From Nemertoderma westbladi (lineage: Eukaryota > Animalia > Xenacoelomorpha): 33,459 nt of DNA. Within the stretch, counting starts at the first letter, position 1, and each line of letters begins with the position of its first letter. The DNA lies in NCBI GenBank assembly GCA_032718475.1, contig JAUCBJ010005288.1, positions 1 to 33,459 on the forward strand. The letters run 5' to 3'. Position numbers and translations under genes: made by a program. A model generated the notes under the pieces. It was not told the origin of the DNA. It ran no database searches and saw only the letters and a program-made list of their open reading frames with translations. This document shows, in pieces, positions 24,131 through 33,459 of the stretch.

Positions 24131-25681
24131 ATATTGATTGTAAGGCGCTAATAAAAGTTGGCATGTAGATTCAGGACATTTGAGAAACAATAATTCATTG
24201 CTATCAGTTAACTTTTTTTTAAATTTGAGAACACCAAATCGGGCGGTGCTTGAATTTTATTTTTTTTATTTTCTAGAATTTTTTATCAAAATTAATTTAA
24301 AATATTGGTCAAAATAGTCATCTAGTCAAAATTTCAGATAGGTCTGTCTAGGTCACTGCGATCAACGGGATAAAATTTAAATACTTGGAGCAAGGAGCAT
24401 TTTCAGTGGCGCAAAAACGGTAAATTAAAACTCCAGGTATTTAAATCGCATATATAATAAAGTTTAAATTTCGTGCGCAAAATTGTCTTTATCTGATTGC
24501 CAATCAATATGTATAATAAATAAAATATTAATAATTTATGAGTTATTAAGGAAACCGACAGCTGGAGTTGTCGCTACACGGATGTAATCGTGGTGTGGCC
24601 GGTAAAGTATAATCTCAAAAATATACATGTTGAGAAGGATAATCCCCTTCTGTGAAAAAAGAGAGTGTTACCCGAAACCCGCCACATAGAGCCTACTATT
24701 AACTTTAATTAATTTAATCCAAAATTACAATCCCAATCCCGAAACTGATGCCGTTTGAACTCTAGCATGTACACTAGACCCAATATTATTCGAATATTTT
24801 TCGGAGGTGTATTAAAGGAATGTTTGATACCATTTGTTAGAATCAGACTAGACATTCTATCCCTGCTTCTATCGGAAGAACCCTTCTATAGTCCTGAACA
24901 CTATCTGAAACTGAAATCCTAAACTAAAATTGCTGGTAACAATCGTGTTTTTCTCATTGACCCAGACATTTTTCGCACACCAACCCTATTAATACTGTTT
25001 ATCGGCTCAATGTTAAATTATCAATAAATGGAAAGAAGCAGGATACACTGGATCGTTTATAACCAAAGCAATGAAGGAAAGTCAATATAGCAGGTTACAG
25101 TTTTATTTTTGGGAGTAATCAGCTGTTATTTGCATTGAATTGATTTTCCCCTGTAGAGGGATGAAGTTCAAGCTACTGTATTACCTCTTCCTACTGCATA
25201 ATAACAGCCTTCAAAATCTTCACCTGCGACCTTTAACTGGCCTTCCATAATTGGTAAAATGCGAAAGCGAGTCTGCAACATTGCAGTCATTTTACCTTGT
25301 CATTTTATTTTATTTTTCAATATTTAAAAATCACTCAAAATACGGCTCTATCCCTTTAAAGACTGCTGTAGCCATTATTATGATTATTTAGTGTGTTGAA
25401 TTCATTATTAATAATAATTTTGTTTATATTAAAATTCGTTGTTTTTTACTTCTACTCCCACTTTCGATTGTTAATATTGAATTAATACACTCCAAAAAAT
25501 AATACAGTAATATAGTTAGCTATAGGGCCTACCAAAGTCTTTAAAGGGGGGCGGGGCGTATTTTGAGAAATTTTTTCAATTCCCAAGGGTTCTGGGTGCC
25601 AGGAACTCCCCATATCTCGAAAACTACTGGAGCTATTCAATTTTTATTTGCTTCATCTGAAAGATGACATAATTTTAGTTA

Positions 25682-26070
25682 GGCCCGGGTCACACATGAG
25701 CTTTCAACTGTCAACTTTCAACGATCAACTTTCAAATATCTAAGTCCCGGTTCACACATAAACATTCAATTTTCAGCTCATAACAAATTATTGTATATAT
25801 TGCTTAGACCAGATATAAAGGGTTGAACAATGTTCAGTTGGCACTTATAAAAATCTGTATTGTTTTGTAGAATATAAGTGTTTTTTTATTTTATTTAAAG
25901 TAATAATTTTTAATATGGATAAATAAATCGATGACGTAATAGTAGCATAATTATGCCCTACATAGGCGGCGAAATAACCGCCGATATTGGGTTTACCCGT
26001 TCAATCAAAAAAGGTTGTTGTACGGCGTTATCGGAAAACTTTATCAAGATTTGCGGGCAGATGTTATAAA
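25682..26070 (+). mobile_element. 5' fragment of a PIF/Harbinger element
   Basis: TTA|GGCCCGGGTCACAC end plus a second TAA|GTCCCGGTTCACAC at 25744. 25961-26070 translates HRRRNNRRYWVYPFNQKRLLYGVIGKLYQDLRAD, the typical Harbinger transposase N-terminus. Confidence 0.8.
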
Positions 26071-27073
26071 AGAAATAAAGGAAATTTGTTAATTATATAT
26101 ACGAATATGTAAATATTTAGTAGAACAAACAAAAAATAATTTACACCCAATTTCATGGTCCAGATGTGATGTTCCATTTGGGGATACTAGACCCCCCCAC
26201 CCCCCCCCCCCCCCCCCCCTCACTAAACTGTCGGACATTAATTGATATATCTCTGTAACTAGAAGTAGCATACAGTTTGTAAATATTGCAAAAAAAAGTA
26301 GACCAATATATAAATTTTTGGGAGCATGGTTTTTTTGGGTCGACAAAGATGATGGACAGGGTTAAATGCAGCCGTTTAATAGATAACTTGTGTTACAATA
26401 GCTTTACAATTTTGTACCATTCAAATGATAATAATAAAACGTATTAAATGAAGAGATAAATTTCCGCTGCTCTGGAAACAAAATTGGTAAAAATAAAGTT
26501 GTCTTATCCGTCAAATGATGATTCGCTATATTTTAGTTTTTATTTGTCAACAATATAATTTTGTTTTAGTCCCACTTTATTTTACCCAGTGAACACGTCT
26601 TCATATAACCAACGTGATCTGCCATATAAATTTATGAGTCGCAGGTGCGCCTAAGGATAGTAAGCGAGTTAATGTGAGAGAAACAAGGGTTTGTTACCAG
26701 GCTGAATATATCAGTAGTAGCCTATACTATACTTTTAGTTGGTCACCCATAATTACTGTAGCTAGTCATAATAATAAACAGCCAGCCAACTGTAACAGCT
26801 TCCTCCCGTTTAAACTTCCCTGGAGTTTATGGATCGATATATTCCGACCATCTGCTGTTCCCGATACGTAACTCGCTATAGCTGAGCATAAGGAATTAGG
26901 GTTAGTATTAGGCGCTTACAGTTTATTTACGTTCCCTTATGCCTATTCCCATTCACACTTAACAAACTTGGTCATAATTTACAATCATAATCTGAAGAAT
27001 CCATTTATACTTGCAGTATTAATTTAATGTTATTCACTATTCGTAGCTGATTTATTGATAATATTTAGAGATA

Positions 27074-27274
27074 GGGGGAAAACTGGACGCAAAACCCGCA
27101 TTGGCGAATTAATATCCCGCATCAATGTTAAATTCTCTATTTAGGGAAAGCACATTATTTTAACCCAAACAATAAACTAAACACAAAAGAACAGGTTACA
27201 GTTTTATTTCTGAGAGTATTGCGTCCAATTTCCCCTGGAGAGGGATGCATTTATATTGTGTCCAGTATCCCCCC
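27074..27274. mobile_element. 201-bp TA-flanked MITE (Tc1/mariner-pogo type)
   Basis: TA|GGGGGAAAACTGGACGCAA ... TTGTGTCCAGTATCCCCCC|TA. A degenerate internal copy lies at about 25090-25165. Confidence 0.75.
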
Positions 27275-27599
27275 TATCTGAGTATTTAACACGGTAGGCC
27301 TATACTGCATTATACAGTAAGTAAACCGCACACTGTAGGCCTACTAATCACAAAACGTATACGATGATTAGTAATTACTGTCTAGTAACAAAAGTAATTT
27401 ATTTATTCAGTGATAGATACTGTACTGTAAGATTGAACTGCATTTAGATTGGAGTTGAGAATGACATAAATTGGATTGGAGACTGAGTTAAATATTAATA
27501 AAATTAAATAAATAATTTAATATTTTATTTACATGAAATGAACGGATGTTGTTTACTTTATAATTTATAACCTATTGAATTTCACCCCTAGAGATAACC

Positions 27600-28520
27600 A
27601 TGCCGGACTCACTACAAGAGATAGGTAAGAAGGGTAAAGGTAGAACTGTTTACACGAGCATTAAGAGACCCAACTGTTCCGTAATCCAACACCGTGGGTC
27701 GGGACCTCCTCGAGACCCAACCGCCCCTCCCCCGTCGATAGCGATCCGCCGTGCTACCGAGTGGTCCAGACAACGACGCAGCCAACAAAAACATAATCCG
27801 GCGCCGAAAACCCTCGACCCACAAACCAAACTCTCCTTCTTCGGAGTGGTGAAAGCTGTTATTGAGAGAAACCGAAATAAACCGAACGATAACGAAACAG
27901 GAAACAGTAAGGTATCGACCCCACGATCGCAATCGTCCCACTCCGATTCAATAAGAAATAGTAAATTAAATTATAATGAATCTGGTAAAATGAATGCCCA
28001 AGATAGAAAACATAGAGACAGCCATATTCATATTGAAAATAACAAAGATATTTCCGGGCAACAAAATAGTACCAGGTTTGGTCAACAACAAAATCCGAGT
28101 ACTCCTTATGAATCTGATAGTAGTCTGGGGAAAAGCGTCAGTATCGTAAGTGGAACTACATCACACGAAGACGACCGTGGATTCGTAACGGTGAGGAACA
28201 AATGTGACGTCACTTCCAAGCGGAGGATTATAAAAGGCGATGCTAATGATGATGGCGACATCAAAGACCATATGGAATCAGCTGGACATACAAACGATAG
28301 CAGACGGTCGCACGATATTAACAAAGCAACGGACATTAAGAATCAAGAAGTAAGCAATCACGTAATAGACTCAGATAATGATGATATTGCCTCTGATGTT
28401 GATTATTCTATACCTGTACCAGTGACATGGGAGAGAACGGTGAAGTCTGTTCCTAAGATTAATTACGGGTACAGGTCTGTGCGGCCGCCAGTCACCAGGA
28501 GTAACTACAATATCTATTAA
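27600..28520 (+). CDS. Uncharacterised hydrophilic, probably disordered protein (single or terminal coding exon)
   Basis: 921-nt open frame in very AT-rich surroundings. Acceptor-like TTTCACCCCTAG at 27591, ACCATG start, AATAAA near 28716. No recognisable domain. Confidence 0.6.
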   Translation: MPDSLQEIGKKGKGRTVYTSIKRPNCSVIQHRGSGPPRDPTAPPPSIAIRRATEWSRQRRSQQKHNPAPKTLDPQTKLSFFGVVKAVIERNRNKPNDNETGNSKVSTPRSQSSHSDSIRNSKLNYNESGKMNAQDRKHRDSHIHIENNKDISGQQNSTRFGQQQNPSTPYESDSSLGKSVSIVSGTTSHEDDRGFVTVRNKCDVTSKRRIIKGDANDDGDIKDHMESAGHTNDSRRSHDINKATDIKNQEVSNHVIDSDNDDIASDVDYSIPVPVTWERTVKSVPKINYGYRSVRPPVTRSNYNIY

Positions 28521-28999
28521 CATACAGTACTTTATGTCAAACTCTCATGCGATTGGGTTATACAGTTAAAAACCAATCTCATAAAGCTATAGACCAAACT
28601 GTAAAGTGTTTCTTTCTTAAAATAATTGTTGTGATTTTCTGTAATTATTTAAACTTTTGTAGTTCTGGAGAAATATTCCAAATGTTTTTATATCTTACTG
28701 TACTGTATATCTTATAATAAATCACCATGGAGAGATTTTCAATTGATTGGAAATTCAACTAAAACTAACTTGTAAGAATGTTCAGTTTTATAACAGTTTA
28801 TTTATTTATAGTTTATTTATATTATATGTTATCGCTAATGCCATCGGGCGCAAAACCCACTCAGTACACGAAGGCAGAATATATACTGTATTACAGTATT
28901 GACAAGGAGTTCTTTCCGATACTTTTTGATATCTTATAAACACACATCTGAAATATAAACAAGATACTGGTGAGACTTTTTGCGTTATAAAATCTTTTT

Positions 29000-29914
29000 G
29001 TCCTGGTATGTACTGTAGGTGGACCGGACCTACAGTAAGCTTTCCTGGTTTGTACTGTAGGTGGGACCTACAGTAAGCTGTCCTGGTTTGTACTGTAGGT
29101 GGGACCTACAGTAAGCTGTCCTGGTTTGTACTGTAGGTGGGACCTACAGTAAGCTGTCCTGGTTTGTACTGTAGGTGGGACCTACAGTAAGCTGTCCTGG
29201 TTTGTACTGTAGGTGGACCTACAGTAAGCTGTCCTGGTTTGTACTGTAGGTGGACCTACAGTAAGCTGTCCTGGTTTGTACTGTAAGTGGGACCTACAGT
29301 AAGCTGTCCTTGTTTGTACTGTAAGTGGGACATACAGTAAGCTGTCCTGGTTTGTACTGTAGGTGGACCTACAGTAAGCTGTTCTGGTTTGTACTGTAGG
29401 TGGACCTACAGTAAGCTGTCTTAGTTTGTACTGTAAGTGGGACCTACAGTAAGCTGTCCTTGTTTGTACTGTAAGTGGGACCTACAGTAAGCTGTCCTGG
29501 TTTGTACTGTAGGTAGACCTACAGTAAGCTGTCCTGGTTTGTACTGTAGGTGGACCTACAGTAAGCTGTCCTGGTTTGTACTGTAAGTGGGACCTACAGT
29601 AAGCTGTCCTGGTTTGTACTGTAGGTGGACCTACAGTAAGCTGTCCTTGTTTGTACTGTAAGTGGGACCTACAGTAAGCTGTCCTGGTTTGTACTGTAGG
29701 TGGACCAACAGTAAGCTGTCCTGGTTTGTACTGTAGGTGGGACCTACAGTAAGCTGTCCTGGTTTGTACTGTAGGTGGACCTACAGTAAGCTGTCCTGGT
29801 TTGTACTGTAGGTGGACCTACAGTAAGCTGTCCTGGTTTGTACTGTAAGTGGGACCTACAGTAAGCTGTCCTGGTTTGTACTGTAGGTGGACCTACAGTA
29901 AGCTGTCCTGGTTT
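29000..29914. repeat. 37/38-bp minisatellite, about 24 copies, each with an internal hairpin
   Basis: Unit GTCCTGGTTTGTACTGTA(G/A)GTGG(G)ACCTACAGTAAGCT, head to tail, no spacers. Confidence 0.97.
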
Positions 29915-30123
29915 TTCTATGTACTAAAACGTAAGGGTTTATTGTGTTGTATCGGTATGTGCTTCTATGTATATCCATTGTCAGTAGGGCTATGTTGGTA
30001 TTGTATATCACCGGAAGTAGACATTGCTATAATCTTAATAGAATAAGTAACTGATAAGATTAATCATTTACACTTCTGCAATTCATGTCTGATATGTACG
30101 GAAGCCCATAGCGGCCAGGACAC

Positions 30124-30650
30124 AACATTAATGTGCGACACAAACATTAATGAGGGGCACATTAATGAGGGACACAAACATTAATGATGGGCACAAACAT
30201 TAATGAGGGACACAAACATTAATGAGGGACACAAACTTTAATGAGGGACACAAACATTAATGAGGGTCACAAAACATTAATGAGGGACACACTTTAATGA
30301 GGGGGCAGAAATATTAATGAGGGACACAAACATTAATGACGGCACAAACATTAATGAGGGACACAAACATTAATGAGGGACACAAACATTAATGAGGGAC
30401 ACAAACATTAATGAGGGACACAGACTTTAATGAGGGACACAAACATTAATGAGGAACACAAACATTAATGAGGGACACAAACATTAATGAGGGACACAAA
30501 CATTAATGAGGGACACAAACTTTAATGAGGGACACAAACATTAATGAGGGTCACAAAACATTAATGAAGGACACAAACATTAATGAGGGACACAAACATT
30601 AATGTGGGACACAAACATTTATGAGGGGCACAAACATTAATGGGGGACAC
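30124..30650. repeat. 19-bp subterminal tandem array, about 27 copies
   Basis: Unit CATTAATGAGGGACACAAA with the palindromic core CATTAATG. Confidence 0.95.
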
Positions 30651-31013
30651 CTTACTTACAGTAATAGGGGTCAATGCTTCCCAATGAATATTAATAAGGG
30701 CGATGGTGATGCTTGCCGTCAGACATTATTAGATATACTGTATATATTGAGTGATTAACTGAAAAACTACTACCGTGGGAACGTGACCTTTGTAGTGCGG
30801 GAGTGGAGTAGTAGTAGTCTGGTAGATATTCCATCCATCTCCATAATTGAAAGTAAGTTTATGTTTACCTTGATCAGAGTATCTTTGTTCATTTGCATAT
30901 CTTAGAATTTTTCGTATCGCATTTCGTATCGTTCATCAAGAAATGTCCTTTCTGATTATTTACAAATAAGTGAATTGGAGTTGAGCTATTTATTTGATAA
31001 GTTATCGTTTATT

Positions 31014-31368
31014 TATTTAAAAACGGCAATTCTTACCGTGAAATTAATCAGTTGTTAAACAATTGTTACAATATAAACATTAGTGAGAGGACTATCCGGA
31101 GGCGGATTTGTAGTTTAGGGTTTGAGAAGACGAAACTGTAATTATAATATCGACACAGTCATTTAACTTATTATCGATAAAGTTAATGATTCGGGAATAT
31201 CGTGAGGCTAGAGAAATATGGGGCAGTTTTTGAAACTGAAAGGTGTATGTGTTCCAAGATCGATAGTTGAACTACTACTTTCTCTCGTTAATCCCGAGGT
31301 CAGCGCCTTACACATGGACGGATACGACAAATTAAAGCCGTTCGGTTTTGCGATTCATGGTGCTATAG
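31014..31368 (+). pseudogene. IS3EU-like transposase exon (HTH region and start of integrase core), disrupted
   Basis: YLKNGNSYREINQLL...ISERTIRRRICSLG; VPRSIVELLLSLVNPE; HMDGYDKLKPFGFAIHGAI, then a G|GT donor at 31369. Confidence 0.85.
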
Positions 31369-31870
31369 GTGATACTGTATAGTACAGTAGCTACCTTCAT
31401 ATGAGAAATTCCTTCGCCCCCCTTTTTCCTTTCGACCCCTTTATCCTCATTCGCATCGCAGATAGTGGCGCACATTAAGCTCAAGTGAAATAATGTATGG
31501 TTTATTGTTTTGGTTAGAAAAACCCCCACTGTAACATGCTCCTTTCCCTTAATCATTTTAATTTAATTTAATAATTTTAATTATTAATAAAAATTTTATA
31601 ATTAAAAATTAATTATTTTTCTCTTTAATTCCTGATGCTGCCTAACTCCATGTTAAATAATTTAATGTTCTGGAATATTTATTTATTTAAATAGAGCAGC
31701 CATGGCCTCCTAAACTATAGTTTAGGAAGCCTTGGGAACAGCTTAACTACATAAACCCTTCTACTTTGATGCTCTTCCAACAAATGAAATAAAATTTACG
31801 AAATAAAATTATAATAATTCCAGAAACTCAGGGTTCACTGATATGATATTACCTATCATACTGTACATAG

Positions 31871-32553
31871 ATGGATGGTCTCGGAAAATAATCTGGCTAA
31901 ACGTGCTTCGGAGTAATAACAACCCAAATATTATTTGTTATTTATTTCTTAAGTCAATTGAGGAATTCGGGTGTCCTGAACGTTTAGAAACAAACAGGGG
32001 AACAGAGAATGGCCTTGAAGCTGCAGCCCAAGCCTTCTTTCGCGGAGACAGCGACGGGCATCGGTACATTTATTCTCCTAAAAACCAACGTATCGAGTCA
32101 TGGTGGGCTATACTCCGCAAGACATGGAGTAACTTCTGGATAAATTTATTTAAAGATCTTGTTTACAGAGAAGAGTTCGATCCATCTAACCCCATCCATA
32201 GTGACGTCATATGGTATTGTTTTTCTGGACTGATACAATCTGAACTAAACGAAGTTGTAAACATGTGGAACAATCATCATATTAGAAAATCAAGACATGA
32301 CACAATTGCCGGACAACCGAACTTTAATTATTTAAATCCTACTCCAAGAGGTGGTCAAACTGATTTGGGAATAACAATCTCCCAGGATATGCGAACGGCC
32401 GTAATGAACGAGATTCAGTTCCCAAACTATATCAGCGAGAACATTGAGTATTGTATGTATCTTGAACAGTTATATCAATGGCGATCACCATTAAACTGGC
32501 ATGAATGTCTCGAACGGTTCCAATTTATCATTGCCAATGGTTTTGGTTGGTAG
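31871..32553 (+). CDS. IS3EU-like transposase last exon (integrase core)
   Basis: CATAG acceptor at 31870; DGWSRKIIWL..NNNP, P..LETNRGTEN, SPKNQRIESWW, WNNHHIRKS, P..Y..P. Confidence 0.9.
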
Positions 32554-32992
32554 TTTTGTTTTTCACATTAGCTCTGAGAAACTTACTTCAGCAGAGCCAG
32601 AAGTAATTGGAACGCATTACACATCTAACACATTAGTTGTCAGTTTTGCCTTTGAGCGTGAACAACGTGAAACATACAGTATATTTAAGAAATTCCTCCA
32701 AAAATATCAGATGCAACATATGGGACATTGATTTATATGGTTGTCATTTTCCATATGGAGAAAAAGACTTGTTTTTTCAAAAAGTAACAATTTAACAATA
32801 ATTTTAGTAACAATTAATTATTTCATGTTTAATAGACAGAAATAACTATTTTGACACTTTAATGTTTAATAAACATAAATCTCAGAATATAATGTAATTG
32901 GTAAGGTATAATGTTTCGCGAAAAGCAATAATTCAATATGTATCATACTATAATGTGGTCATACATAGTAAATGGGGCAGTTAGTTAGAAAA

Positions 32993-33178
32993 CTATATTA
33001 TATTGAATGCGAGTCCAGATTCCACAACACTTCTAATCAAAATCTTATCCATATCCTCTTGGCAATAAATATGATAAGGAATTGTCACCTGGAAGGCACA
33101 TGTACTGAATTTAATACGACAACTGCAGTTATTATCTTCGCAGGTAGATTTAAATATACTGTAGCTGTTAATGGTTTT
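32993..33178 (-). CDS. HECT-like E3 ligase C-terminal fragment
   Basis: FKSTCEDNNCSCRIKFSTCAFQVTIPYHIYCQEDMDKILIRSVVESGLAFNII* matches the HECT C-lobe pattern STC-x3-hxhP...F-x3-stop. Not in the ORF track. Confidence 0.6.
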   Translation of the reverse strand, partial: KTINSYSIFKSTCEDNNCSCRIKFSTCAFQVTIPYHIYCQEDMDKILIRSVVESGLAFNII

Positions 33179-33219
33179 GTATTAATTATTAATTTATTAA
33201 TTTAATTTTTTTATTGTAT

Positions 33220-33331
33220 TAATTTATGGTCGACCAAAAAATAATTTATGGTCGAACAAAAATTAATTTATGGTCGACCAAAAATTAATTTCTGGTCGAC
33301 CAAAAATTAATTTATGGTCGACCATAAATTA
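33220..33331. repeat. 22-bp palindromic tandem array, 5 copies
   Basis: TAATTTATGGTCGACCAAAAAT units; the last is a perfect palindrome TAATTTATGGTCGACCATAAATTA. Confidence 0.9.
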
Positions 33332-33459
33332 TGACGTCATGGAGAACTTCTGAAAAAATAATAAAAAAAATAAATTAATTGGCAAAGATCAGCACCGTAG
33401 TCATAAGATAATTAGGCCAATTAATAATAATTGTCTCTGCGGGGTCTTTCAACTATTTA

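Larger units (their letters stand above)
30097..33180 (+). mobile_element. IS3EU-like DNA transposon; right end not seen in the window
   Basis: TACGGAAGCCC start followed by a subterminal 19-bp array, an integrase-type transposase and a convergent second gene fragment. Confidence 0.7.

Noticed and set aside
29000-29914. CRISPR-like array (37-38 bp palindromic repeats)
   Set aside because: Units are contiguous with no unique spacers, there are no cas genes, and the context is eukaryotic.

Overview
AT-rich eukaryotic DNA, most consistent with an invertebrate metazoan genome. I see no prokaryotic operons, RNA genes or CRISPR. One clear host gene is present: a two-exon sorting nexin SNX3/SNX12 (19385-19518 + 20625-20979, 162 aa). 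There is also one unexplained 306-aa low-complexity ORF (27600-28520). The rest is mostly decayed, nested transposable elements: L2/CR1 and RTE-X LINE fragments, a pogo/Tigger-like element, hAT MITEs with 8-bp TSDs, a Harbinger fragment, several TIR elements and satellites. Two elements stand out. (1) A 5.8-kb TIR element (13061-18842; CAGT...ACTG ends; TCAAA on both flanks) carries an Academ/DUF6589-like transposase and a convergent second ORF ending in a PHD finger. (2) An IS3EU-like integrase element (from about 30097) has an intron in its transposase and a convergent HECT-like C-terminal fragment. TACAGTA/TACTGTA, TAGGCCTA and TACCGGTA words occur throughout and look like transposon excision footprints. 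All family assignments come from motif recognition by eye, not database searches.
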